Positions 9,943 to 20,211 of a stretch of 64,000 bases of DNA are shown in pieces. The notes beneath the pieces are model-generated. The model saw only the letters and a list, made by a program, of their open reading frames with translations, made no database searches and was not told where the DNA came from. Origin of the DNA: Candidatus Bathyarchaeota archaeon (lineage in GTDB: Archaea; Thermoproteota; Bathyarchaeia; Bathyarchaeales; Bathycorpusculaceae); contig CAWDYC010000006.1 of the NCBI GenBank assembly GCA_963806535.1, positions 96,001 to 160,000 on the forward strand, given 5' to 3'. The translations under genes were made by a program, and so were the position numbers. Each line of letters starts with the position of its first letter. Position 1 is the stretch's first letter.

Positions 9943-10033
9943 AAAGAATTGGGCTATTTCAAGCCATGCAGATTTAGGAGTTATCAAAATTGAATTTATT
10001 TGTTAATCATAATTATGGAAAAATATTGGAGAC

Positions 10034-10320
10034 TTACGAATCCCCGTTTCCGTTCTCTTTCAAAACCCGTTCTAAATCTTTCTTCTTATAAACTTGAGCT
10101 AACTTATCGACGGCATCATTTAGATCAAATTTTGAATCTTCATGTTTTATAGCTGTGATTGTTTTTAGCCCTAAGTCTTCCATTACTTCTTGAATCATTT
10201 TTCTCTTTTCATCCTCAGTCAGCAGCTTATCAAGCATCTTGATCAACACTTGCTGTTTAAATCGTTCTTTTTTGAGTTCTTCCAATTCCTTCAGCAGCGT
10301 TGTGTTTCCGTTTCCGTTGC
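10034..10320 (-). pseudogene. Charged helical protein fragment, probably 5'-truncated
   Basis: The frame stays open upstream of TTG 10285 ('GNGNGNTTLLKELEELKKE...') until it meets the LysW-like fragment; Glu/Lys-rich. Confidence 0.5.
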
Positions 10321-10442
10321 CTGGCGAAACTATTCAGTGTCCTGACTGTGGTACGGAACTTAAGGTGGGCGCGGGTAAGCAGCTTAGCGCTGTTGAGCTG
10401 CAGGATTTGTATTGGGGCGAATCTGATCGGGATTCAAAATAA
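10317..10442 (+). pseudogene. lysW: LysW/ArgW-like amino-group carrier protein, C-terminal half only
   Basis: LPGETIQCPDCGTELKV...LSAVELQDLYWGE resembles LysW 'GE...C.DCG.ELEV...EDWGE'; the first CxxC and start are missing and the stop after WGE is lost. Confidence 0.6.
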
Positions 10443-10490
10443 TTTTTGTTAGGTGCTGTGGAGGTTTTTAAGATTTGAGGGCTGGGGAGG

Positions 10491-10638
10491 GTCTTTTTGT
10501 GACTTTCTGTGACTTTTTATGACGCGTAGTGACTTTTGGTGACTTCCTATGACTTCTAGTGACTTATAGTGACGCGTCCTGCAACTAACCCAAACCCCAA
10601 ACCAAAAAACCAAACTGAAACACAAAGAACAAATTTGC
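10491..10638 (+). repeat. 8-9 tandem 10-bp GAC-phased repeats followed by the 59-bp TGCA...TTGC element
   Basis: GAC recurs at 10501, 10511 ... 10571; TGCA at 10580; TTGC ends at 10638. Confidence 0.85.
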
Positions 10639-10877
10639 GTAAGAAAATGCAGTAGAGACGCCTAAGCTTCACTTCTTGAAAGTTTACGCCAACTTCTTCC
10701 TTTTTCTCACATTTTATATTACTATAAATTCTTGCTGATAAGGAATTACTGCATTTATGTAGGAAATGGATATGACTGATGTTTCATTATTTTATAAGAT
10801 AACTTTCTGATGCAAAGGAGGACTTAAGATCCTATGGCGCAGGCATGGCGTCAGCGTGTGTAAAAACTAAAATCAGC

Positions 10878-11873
10878 TCAGAAAATTGCTTCAAAGGTCT
10901 TCGGGCTGTGTGGCGCACCCAGGAAGGGGAACTCGTTCAGCAGGTCAGTGTGCGGTCCGCATTTGTCCCATGTCAGCCTGCCATTATACACGGTTAGAAA
11001 GACATCTTTCGAGTCATCTATAGGTGTGCGTCCGTTTCCGGGATATGCCGCGGCCTTCTTGGGGTCGTATGGTAAGACATCAGGCAGCAGGCTCCTGGCT
11101 GCTGCTTTGGCCCCTTCAGGGGTGTAACCGCCAGTGTGCTCCAGGACGTGTGCGAACATTGCTACAAATCTCTCGTCTTGCGCTGGTTCGCCTTCGAGGT
11201 ACGCGTCTTTTTCTGCGTCCGTCATAAAGGGGGTCTGAGTGGGCCGTGCTCCGCGGTCGGCTTGTACCCAGCTGCCGTCAACTAGCAAGAGAGACCTATG
11301 CCATAGGTTCACACTCACTCCGCCGCCAAGGTCGCTGACGGGCAACTCCAAGGCTATGCTGCAAACATCTTTGTCTGCGAAGAAGTCTGTTCCCGTGAAC
11401 TGCATCTTGTTCTGAGCACCAGCCAGATCAAAGAAGAATGGGTCGCTGCGCCAGCCGGCAAACAAGCGATATGCACCAGACTCAGTTATCCGCGCCTCGT
11501 GACCCATCGACACGGGCGCTCCCTGGAATATGACTTTTCCTTCCTCACCTCTGCCGGTAACTTCGGATCCTTCTACACGTCGCACGGTCGCTGTCATTGA
11601 ACCATTGACGTTGCGGAAGAAGCGCGTTCGATACGCGATGTCTGCGACCATGTCCTCGTTTGTATCCACTCTTAGTTCATAGAGTGCCTCTGGTGCGAAG
11701 GGGTCGGTGGTTGTCGGTCCTGGTGGATTGAGCCCAAATGAAGGATGCATGTTCGTAATTACGATTGACTTGCTGGGATCGCCGGGTTTGGGGAATGCGA
11801 AAAGGTCAGTTATATCTAAACGAGCGTCTCCCCGAGGGAAGCCAAAGTTCGGTCCAGAATAATGGTGTGTCAT
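10878..11873 (-). CDS. DUF4331-family protein
   Basis: 'HH...DARLDITDLFAF', 'FAGWRSDPFFFD', 'DFF...V.SIALE', 'NGR...DD', 'FPFLGAPH'; GC-richer than its neighbours. Confidence 0.85.
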   Translation of the reverse strand: MTHHYSGPNFGFPRGDARLDITDLFAFPKPGDPSKSIVITNMHPSFGLNPPGPTTTDPFAPEALYELRVDTNEDMVADIAYRTRFFRNVNGSMTATVRRVEGSEVTGRGEEGKVIFQGAPVSMGHEARITESGAYRLFAGWRSDPFFFDLAGAQNKMQFTGTDFFADKDVCSIALELPVSDLGGGVSVNLWHRSLLLVDGSWVQADRGARPTQTPFMTDAEKDAYLEGEPAQDERFVAMFAHVLEHTGGYTPEGAKAAARSLLPDVLPYDPKKAAAYPGNGRTPIDDSKDVFLTVYNGRLTWDKCGPHTDLLNEFPFLGAPHSPKTFEAIF

Positions 11874-12285
11874 GTTCTTAACCTCTAAAAACGCTGTTTG
11901 ACTATTGAGTTTTCTAACATACAAACTTTTGTGGTTACATTAAGTTGCTACATTGGAAAACAAAAACCACGACCTAGTCATCATTTTTCAAGTACATGAC
12001 ATAACCTTACGAACCATTTGGCTCTTGGACCGAGCGATTCCAACAAACTCCAGTTATTCATAGCTTTTCGCGTAGAATTCAAAGGTGCATGTAAACCTAA
12101 CCCCCGGCACCACTATTTTGAAAACCACTGGGCGTTTGTCTAGGCGATGAATTTTGCTTATTTTGGAATTGGAACTCCGTGATTAAGCAAATTTTATATA
12201 ACGGCCCAGTTTAAGAACAAAGATAAGTAAACCTGAAAATCGGGTTGAAAACTCTTTCCAAAAATGTATCCCATTGAGGTTAAAC

Positions 12286-12714
12286 ATGATCTCAAACATT
12301 TCTAATCGAGCAGGGACGAAACTTTCAAGAAACGTCATTATATTTGCCATAGTGATGATTGTGAACGTCGTGGTAATCATCCTCTTAACCCCAATCGGCT
12401 TTGAGACCCGCCCGCAATCCGACTTAAAGCCCTTAGGCTACATCGCGATTGCCACTATTTTTGTCGGTCTCGCACTGGACATAGCGTCAATCGGACTTCT
12501 CTTCAAGAGAGTTAGATTAGCTTCGAGCCTGGCGATCGTCAGCTCGGTCCTCTTCTTTGTGATCATTTCAGTAGATCGAACCGGATCCTTTTTCTCGGTG
12601 CCGATTCCCCCTGCAATTAATACCCTCGAATACCTCTTAATTGCTGTACTAATCGTTACTCTCTTTATAGCGTCAGTGGTCTACAGAGGAAGTAAGCCCG
12701 CTTCAAGCAAATGA
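12286..12714 (+). CDS. Four-TM membrane protein
   Basis: Four hydrophobic segments; 'TP.GFETRP' loop. Confidence 0.7.
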   Translation: MISNISNRAGTKLSRNVIIFAIVMIVNVVVIILLTPIGFETRPQSDLKPLGYIAIATIFVGLALDIASIGLLFKRVRLASSLAIVSSVLFFVIISVDRTGSFFSVPIPPAINTLEYLLIAVLIVTLFIASVVYRGSKPASSK

Positions 12715-12886
12715 ATTCTGTCGAACAAGTCCTTTCCGTTAAGCTTTGGAGATTCTAAGTCATATTCGAGTTTTTTTTGGGTAAAAACATTGCTAGAATT
12801 GAACCTGAAGGTTCAAAAGGTTCTTTTCTCCAACCCACCTCAAACCTTAAGGAAGTCACTCGATAAAGTTTCTTTCCAAATTCCCT

Positions 12887-13132
12887 TTATGTTTAAGCTT
12901 GAACGCCATCAAGAGCACAAAACCAAATAAAAAATACAAACTGAAATACAAAGAAAAAAATTGCACTCAGAAGTGTCTTAAACTAAATCTTTTAATGGAA
13001 AAAGCAGCCTTAGGTTTGCACAGGTTTACGTGCTTGTGCGTGCTTTTGCTTGTGTTTGCGTGTTTTTGCTTTGGTTTGCATCCTTGTACGTAGCTTGCAA
13101 GAGATTTAGAAACAAAATCAAAAAAGAAACTT
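12887..13132 (+). repeat. ~240-bp dispersed repeat, copy 2
   Basis: Near-identical to 8010-8250. Confidence 0.92.
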
Positions 13133-13229
13133 GAAACAACTTGAACAAAAAATTCGATACATGCATAAGTCAATCCAACATAGCATAAAGCTAATCAGAT
13201 GTTTATCTGCAAAAAATTAGATCGATTGT

Positions 13230-15775
13230 TCAAGTCACTGCTAACCAAGCGGCGTCGTAAGCCGTCAGTTGCGAAGGAACGAGACTAACCTCCACTATGT
13301 ATGTTCCAGCAACATTTGGAATATTCCAAGCGAAACTGTACTCACTCACTGAGTCTGCAGTCACGTTTACTGTTTGAAAATCAAAATAATAGTATTTGTT
13401 GGGACCAGTAACCGTTAAAGTTAGAGTTGAGTTCAGGGCAGGATTCAGCTGGTTAAGCACATCTACGGTAAACGTCAAAGGTTGTGCTCGACTGTACTGG
13501 GCTTGGTTTGGGTTAACACTCAAGAAGAGATGTACGGTTGATTTGGGTGTGCTTGTTAAAGTGAATTGTCCGCTGCCGGAGTCTTCTCTTGCAAGTTTTA
13601 CGACGAGGTAGTATTCTCCTGAGAATGTTGGGGTGTAACTGATGTTTTCAAAGCCGCCCAGAGTCGTGTTAGTGCTTTTAGCATCGATGATTGGTTCACC
13701 GTACAATGTTCCCGTTGTAGTTGTAGAAGTACAAGTCGTAATCTGCACCCGCCGGCACTGTCAAGGAAAAATTATAAGTGGTTCCTGCGAGTAACTGGAC
13801 GTTTCTTGCCCACGCGAGCCTCTGACCAAGAACCGCAATGTTGCTGGTGGTAGGCGGCGAACCCAAACTGTCTGTGACTGTTGTTCCAACCTTGTAGGTC
13901 TTCAATACGGCATCTGCCGCTGCGTCAACGTTTATTCTTCCATAACCTTCCTGTACGTCTTTGCCTCCGCGGTCAAGCGTCGGGCTTGTCGCTGTGGTTC
14001 CTCCTTCTCGAAGATTCGGATAAGTTTCTGTGGCTGTCATCAATAGAGTCGTTTTGGGCATGAGAGCTTGACTTCTCGTCCAATTCCACGCGCTATATCC
14101 TCCAATAGCTTGCTCAACCAATTCGGCAGCTCCCGAAACCACAGGCGTAGCCATAGATGTACCCTGCATAGGCGCAGCATCGTTAGGCTGCAAATCGGAA
14201 AAACCGCCTTCAGCATCATTATAATTTGAGTCAGCACTGAATAGCGGCGCAGCAAAGAAGCTCCCTCCAGGAGCCGTTATGTCAGGTTTTACCGTGTTCC
14301 CGGTGTATAAGGAAGTGCCTCCTTGGCTGCTGAAGCTTGATATGTCGTCAAACTGGTTCATCGCCGCGACAGTTATGACCTCATCCACTGAACCCGGAGT
14401 AAAAATGTTGTTAGCGCCTGAACCACTGTTGCCAGCCGCCACCACAGTGCTAATTCCAGCATTCACAAGATTAACCACTGCTGAATCAACCGAAGTCACC
14501 TCTGATGAGAACCCTAAGCTCATGCTTGCGACTGTTATATGATAATTCACTCTGTTTGAAATCACCCAATTAATACCGCTAATAAGTCCATTTGAAGATC
14601 CAGAACCAGTAGAGTCCAGTACTTTTACACCGACCAACTTTGATTGAGGCGCTAAACCAGTCCAAGCCGAAAAGCCATCCGAAGGCGGCGAATAAGGCCA
14701 AGACATGGTGAAAACAACATAAAGATTTCCTGTTCCGCTTGTTAGCGTGAGTGAAGGATGGTATAGATCAAAGCCACCCGAAGGCGTCGAAGCCACGTTA
14801 TAGGTTAGACTGTAAAGTGTGTTTTTACTGGGTGTACTAACGGAAGCTACTTGACTCCAAGATCCAGAGCTTAGAGCTTTTGCCGCCATACAAGAGCGGA
14901 AGCGCGGAGACCTTTGCTGAACCCGTATTCGTCCACTCGACCTTCAAAGTTATTGGACCCGTCTTGTTCACCATCATACCAGTTATGAAATACGTGCCTG
15001 GAGAGGTCACTGCTCCAAGGTTAGCGCTCCAAGTAGCCGTCGCGTAACCAGAAGAGTCAACGCTGAAAAATCCGTCTCCAGCCGCCAACCCAGAAACGTG
15101 GGAACCATGCCCGTTATCGTCATAAGGGGTTGTTGTTGATGTTACTTGGTTGTTCCAACCTACTATCTTATCTGAGAAATTCAGGTTTCCATAGCCTGGA
15201 GAAAAGTCTGGGTGGGATGCATCAATTCCTGTGTCAATTATTGCGGCTGCCGAATTGGGATCTCCTTGGAGTCCAAGGCTGTTCCACACGTATGGTCTGG
15301 CGCCCACTTGTGTGGCAGCGTAAGCTAAACTGGCATTGCAAACTGCTTCTTTCTCAACCAGCAGCAAATCAGGACAGCTCTTTGCGAAACCCAAGATTTT
15401 GCCGTATGGTATGTGACCGCCAAACCCGAAAATTGCATCAGTCCAAAGCGAAGTCGTTAAGATGCCTTCTGAAGAAGAGAAAGGCAACACATCGCTGGTA
15501 GTTGGCGCTGCCTTCAACATAACCGTGACATTCACATTCTCTGCCAAGCTACTTGTTAAGCCAGCCCGCGCATTGATTTCCGCGTCCAAACTATCAGCAA
15601 CTCCATTATGATCCTTATCAACATCAGAAGGGACGACCATAGAAGGAACGAAGTTTGCTACTGAATTAGAAGGAGAAGACTGAGCGAGAGTGTTGATTTG
15701 CATAGCATTCATAGGAATAGCAGCTAAAACCAATAGTGCGACGATTATTAGCCCCGACAAAATTGCCTTCCTCAA
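13230..15775 (-). pseudogene. Secreted S8 subtilisin-like serine protease split by two frameshifts
   Basis: Signal peptide and propeptide; catalytic IDTG, HGSH, AAGN and GTSMATP across ORFs 14837-15775, 13696-14889 and 13230-13748; PPC-like domain and a C-terminal beta domain. Confidence 0.88.
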
Positions 15776-16026
15776 GCTTCGCCTTCCCCAAATTCATTAA
15801 AACAATTATCCAAAATCATGAACAACCCCAAATATAGCTCTTATTGCTTAGGCCGAGCAGCTGCTTGATGTCTCCCTAATACAATTTTTGTCCTCTGGTC
15901 GATTCCCACAAGCTAATTACTGCTCGCTTCATGCGCAATGCATAAGAATTGGATATATTGCGTAGTTAGAAATACCCCTTAAATTTACTCATGATGGTTG
16001 GTTTCATTGGGAAGGCGTACAAAGAC

Positions 16027-19000
16027 ATGAGTTTTCCTAACAGACAAATAGCAAGAGCCCTAAAAAAACCGGCAATATGCATCTTGGTATTTCTAACCCT
16101 GTCAGTTGTCTTCACAAATGTCCACGCCGCCACAACTGGAATGTGGACAACAAAAGCGCCTATACCAGTTAATAGAGCAGATGTACCAGCTGTTCCATAC
16201 AATAATATGCTCTATATTTTTGGCGGCTACGAGCACTCTTATGGCGGCGGCCAAGCCGAAGTCTACGCTTACAATCCAGCGACAGACTCTTGGGCTCAAA
16301 AAGCTTCAATGAATTATGCCCGTTGGGGTGAGGCAGCAGCAGCCCTTAATGGATTTGCTTATGTTTTTGGTGGAGATAACGGAGCAGATGTCTACCCGGT
16401 TGAAGCTTACAACTTTGCAAGCAACAGTTGGACCATAAAGAATGATTTGCCAAGCGACTTGGTTGGACAAGGAGAAATGGCTGTTGCTGTTGGTTCATTG
16501 ATCTATGTTTTTGGTGGATGGAGCGGACAAAGTGCTTATTCTTACAATCCTTCTACTGATTCATACACTCAATTAGCAAATATTCCATATTCAACCAGAT
16601 GGGGGGAATGCGCCTACGTTAATGTCAATGGTCAGGATCGAATATACATTATGGCTGGATTCACTTCCGGTGTAGCCGAAGTAAACACAATGTACTATTA
16701 CACACCAGCTAACAATCAGTGGACTTATGCCGGAACAACTCCATACGCAGAATTCGGCGGATTAAGAGACAATCCAGTTATCAACGGATTAATATACTTC
16801 GGATACGGGCAAGCAAGCAACCTTGGAACCTTTTATAGCAATTTGTATACTTACGATCCGAATACTGCTACTTGGACTCAGCTTCCAAGCGGAACATACC
16901 AAAGAGATGGTGTTGGTTGCGCAGTAGTCAATGGCAACCTCTATGTTATCGGTGGAAGAAATTCATATACGCCTGACATCCCCGGGTTAAACTATAATGA
17001 ACAATATAGTTCTGGTTCACTAAGCGTCAGTATTAGTCCAACACACGTCATAATGTACCTTAACCAAACAAAAACATTCACATCTTCAGTTTCAGGCGGC
17101 ACCGCTCCTTATTCATATCAATGGTATCTAAACAGCAACGCTGTTCAAGGAGCAAAAAGCAGCACGTGGAACTTCACACCCACCCAAACCGGAACCTACA
17201 ACGTCTACGTCACCGTCACCGACAACCTCAACAACCACGCTCAATCCAACATAGTAAACAACATAATAGTTAACCCCCCGCTACAACAGACCCCTCTAGT
17301 CCCTGATTGGTCAAATGTTACCCAAGATTTCTTCACACTAGTTCCCGGCACAGTGGAACCAGTTCTATCAGGAGCCAGTGTAACTGATCGAACCGCCGAC
17401 TTTGTTGCCGACCCCTTTATGTTTCATGAAGGAAACACGTGGTACATGTTCTTTGAAGTCGGTCAAAACAACGGTGAGTATTCCGAGATTGGTTTAGCAA
17501 CAAGTCCTGATGGATTTACCTGGACTTATCAGCAAATAGTACTCTCTGAACCCTTTGCTATGGCGTTTCCTTACGTCTTCAAGTGGCAAGGCAACTACTA
17601 TTTAATGCCTGAAACATACTCTGAAAATGAAGTAAGACTTTATGAAGCCACAAACTTCCCATACGATTGGACGTTTGTCAACAACATAATCTCAGGCCAA
17701 AGCTTCATACCTGTAGACTCCCAAATCTTCCGTTATAACAACTTGTGGTGGATGTTTACCGGGGACGACCGCAATTGTTATGTCTTTTACTCAAACAACC
17801 TTATCGATCCATCAGCTTGGCACATGACATCGTACAGCCCCATAGTTACAGACGATTCTTCAGAGGCGCGTGGAGGCGGAAGAACCATTGTATTTGACAA
17901 TGGCACAATTATCAGATTAACTCAAATGAACAATGAGTCATACGGTCAAGCAGTTCGGGCTTTTCAAGTTGACACGTTAACTCTAACTAGTTTTTCAGAG
18001 CACGAAATTCCCCAAAGCCCGATTGTGGAAGCGACTAACAGTCCTGACGGCGGCTGGAATTACTATGCTATGCATACTGTTGACCCATGGTGGACTGGCA
18101 ACGGCTGGATAGCTTGCGTAGACGGGGGCGGAGACGATTGGTGGACCATTGGAATCTACGTATCACCTCTAAACGCAACTATAAGTCCAACTCAAGTTAG
18201 AATGGACCTCAGCCAAAAACAAGTCTTCACTGCATCAGCTTACGGCGGCACCCCACCCTACACATATCAATGGGTTTTGAACGGCACAAACGTATCTGGA
18301 GCAACCGGCAGCACTTGGTCATTTACCCCCACTCAAACAGGACATTACAATGTCTATGTCACAGTAACTGACAGCTTCAGCACCCAAGTCCAATCCAATA
18401 TAGTAAACAACATTACAGTTTACAATCCCCCTTCAGTCTCGATTAGTCCCTCTTCCCCAAAGATTACTTTGGGAGCTTCACAACTGTTCAGCTCCACCGT
18501 TTCTGGAGGAGTTACACCTTACACTTATCAATGGTACTCAAACAACACCGCAGTTCCAAACGCAATAAATCCAACATTTAACTTCACCCCTAACGCGGTG
18601 GGAACCTATAACATCTTTCTCAACGTAACCGACAACTCCAGCTACAAAATCCAATCCAACACAGTGGTTCTTACCGTTTATTCACAGCCTTCAGTAACGA
18701 TCAGTCCAAACTCAGTGAACATGACTATTAATGCCACTCAACAATTCACCTCCACTGTAGCCGGCGGCCTCTCACCCTACAATTACCAATGGTACTATTC
18801 CAACGGCACCGCCATTACGGGAGCCACAACTTCAACCTTATCGTTTAAAGCAAATTCTACTGGAACCTACAACATTTACCTAAACGTCACTGACAGCCTC
18901 AACTATAAAGTAAAGTCAAATGTGGCAACCATCAATGTTTATTCGCAGCCTTCTGTAGTGATTAGTCCAGTTTCAGTAAGTATGACTGTTGGAACCGTGC

Positions 19001-20124
19001 AGCAGTTCACTTCTTCTACAGTGGGTGGCTTAATCCCTTACACTTACCAATGGTACCTGAATGACTCCGCTGTCTCAGGAGCCACTACCAGCACCTGGAA
19101 CTTTACGCCAACAGCAGTTGGACACTACAAAGTCTATCTCTATGTAACTGATGCCCTAAACGTCAGAGTACAATCGAACATTGTAACTAACATTGTAGTT
19201 AATGCTCTCCCAACGGTTACGATTACTCCAACAAACGTAAACATGACTGTTGGCGGGTCGCAGATCTTTAATTCAAATGTTGTAGGCGGCACTACACCTT
19301 ATTCCTATCAATGGTACCAAAATAGCACAGTCGTATCAGGGGCTACAAGTGCAAGCTGGAACTTTATGCCAACAACCGCTGGAACCTATGTCATCTATGT
19401 AAAAGTTACTGACATCGACAACACTGCTGCAAACTCTAACACAGCCACAGTCAAAGTCTACTCACAACTAATCGCAACAATCAACCCTACTAACGTTACA
19501 ATGTACTTTGGTCAATCACAAACTTTTAACGCGTCCGTCAATGGAGGCAAAGCCCCATACACTTATCAATGGTACCTCAACGGCACGCTCGTTCAGGGAG
19601 CAACCAACACAAACTGGACCTTCACACCTAATGCAAACGGCAACTACCAGATTTACGTTTACGTTACAGATAGTCTTGGAAATCACTCTACATCCAACAT
19701 AGCCACACTCAACGTTTGCTCAGTCTATCTTATGCTCAGTACCGATCAACAGAACTACTCAAAAAGCCAAAATCTAACCTTCACAGTGACAGTGTTAAAC
19801 CAGCAAAACCCACTGCTAGAAAGCAGCCTATCTCTAACTGTTACGGGTCCTGGAGGCTACAGCTTCTACGATTTTCAACCCATAAATGTCTCCGCTAATG
19901 GAGTTGGCGAGTACACTTTTACCTGGACTGTTCCCAACGTAGACGGCGTATATGTGGTAGAGACAAGTCTGACTCCTACACAGTTAACGGCTTATGACGC
20001 AAAATATCTAAAAGTATCCGAATCCACTCGGATCATCGCAGGGGAACAGTTTGGTTGTTTTAAAAGGTCTGCTGAGCCAGGTTTCTGTTATTTCTGTTTT
20101 TGTGGGAAGTCAAGTCTTTGTTAG
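16027..20124 (+). CDS. Large secreted protein: Kelch propeller + GINT1-N-like five-bladed glycoside-hydrolase propeller + 7 Ig/PKD-like repeats + C-terminal domain
   Basis: Six 'Y.FGG...Y.P..N.W' Kelch repeats; 'FVADPF', 'FPYVF', 'YLMPE', 'LYEATNFP..W'; seven 'GG..PY.YQW...VTD' repeats. Confidence 0.85.
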   Translation: MSFPNRQIARALKKPAICILVFLTLSVVFTNVHAATTGMWTTKAPIPVNRADVPAVPYNNMLYIFGGYEHSYGGGQAEVYAYNPATDSWAQKASMNYARWGEAAAALNGFAYVFGGDNGADVYPVEAYNFASNSWTIKNDLPSDLVGQGEMAVAVGSLIYVFGGWSGQSAYSYNPSTDSYTQLANIPYSTRWGECAYVNVNGQDRIYIMAGFTSGVAEVNTMYYYTPANNQWTYAGTTPYAEFGGLRDNPVINGLIYFGYGQASNLGTFYSNLYTYDPNTATWTQLPSGTYQRDGVGCAVVNGNLYVIGGRNSYTPDIPGLNYNEQYSSGSLSVSISPTHVIMYLNQTKTFTSSVSGGTAPYSYQWYLNSNAVQGAKSSTWNFTPTQTGTYNVYVTVTDNLNNHAQSNIVNNIIVNPPLQQTPLVPDWSNVTQDFFTLVPGTVEPVLSGASVTDRTADFVADPFMFHEGNTWYMFFEVGQNNGEYSEIGLATSPDGFTWTYQQIVLSEPFAMAFPYVFKWQGNYYLMPETYSENEVRLYEATNFPYDWTFVNNIISGQSFIPVDSQIFRYNNLWWMFTGDDRNCYVFYSNNLIDPSAWHMTSYSPIVTDDSSEARGGGRTIVFDNGTIIRLTQMNNESYGQAVRAFQVDTLTLTSFSEHEIPQSPIVEATNSPDGGWNYYAMHTVDPWWTGNGWIACVDGGGDDWWTIGIYVSPLNATISPTQVRMDLSQKQVFTASAYGGTPPYTYQWVLNGTNVSGATGSTWSFTPTQTGHYNVYVTVTDSFSTQVQSNIVNNITVYNPPSVSISPSSPKITLGASQLFSSTVSGGVTPYTYQWYSNNTAVPNAINPTFNFTPNAVGTYNIFLNVTDNSSYKIQSNTVVLTVYSQPSVTISPNSVNMTINATQQFTSTVAGGLSPYNYQWYYSNGTAITGATTSTLSFKANSTGTYNIYLNVTDSLNYKVKSNVATINVYSQPSVVISPVSVSMTVGTVQQFTSSTVGGLIPYTYQWYLNDSAVSGATTSTWNFTPTAVGHYKVYLYVTDALNVRVQSNIVTNIVVNALPTVTITPTNVNMTVGGSQIFNSNVVGGTTPYSYQWYQNSTVVSGATSASWNFMPTTAGTYVIYVKVTDIDNTAANSNTATVKVYSQLIATINPTNVTMYFGQSQTFNASVNGGKAPYTYQWYLNGTLVQGATNTNWTFTPNANGNYQIYVYVTDSLGNHSTSNIATLNVCSVYLMLSTDQQNYSKSQNLTFTVTVLNQQNPLLESSLSLTVTGPGGYSFYDFQPINVSANGVGEYTFTWTVPNVDGVYVVETSLTPTQLTAYDAKYLKVSESTRIIAGEQFGCFKRSAEPGFCYFCFCGKSSLC

Positions 20125-20211
20125 TGTTTACTCTTTACGGTTGTCTCCGGAAAAAGGTACAAAACTACGGAAATTCTCGCGTACCTGGTTAAGGCGGCGG
20201 ATTAACGAGCC

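Noticed and set aside
8022-13173. ORFs 8022-8252, 9026-9334, 12899-13093 and 12967-13173 as genes
   Set aside because: They overlie the repeats, and the two ~240-bp copies differ by frame-breaking indels.
1665-13200. Integron cassette array (co-oriented genes plus TA modules)
   Set aside because: No convincing attC (RYYYAAC...GTTRRRY with a paired hairpin) and no integrase; the genes have their own promoters.
20020-20124. Cys-rich tail of the Kelch protein as a metal-binding motif
   Set aside because: It follows the point where the paralogous domain ends and may be read-through or an out-of-frame anchor; not supportable.
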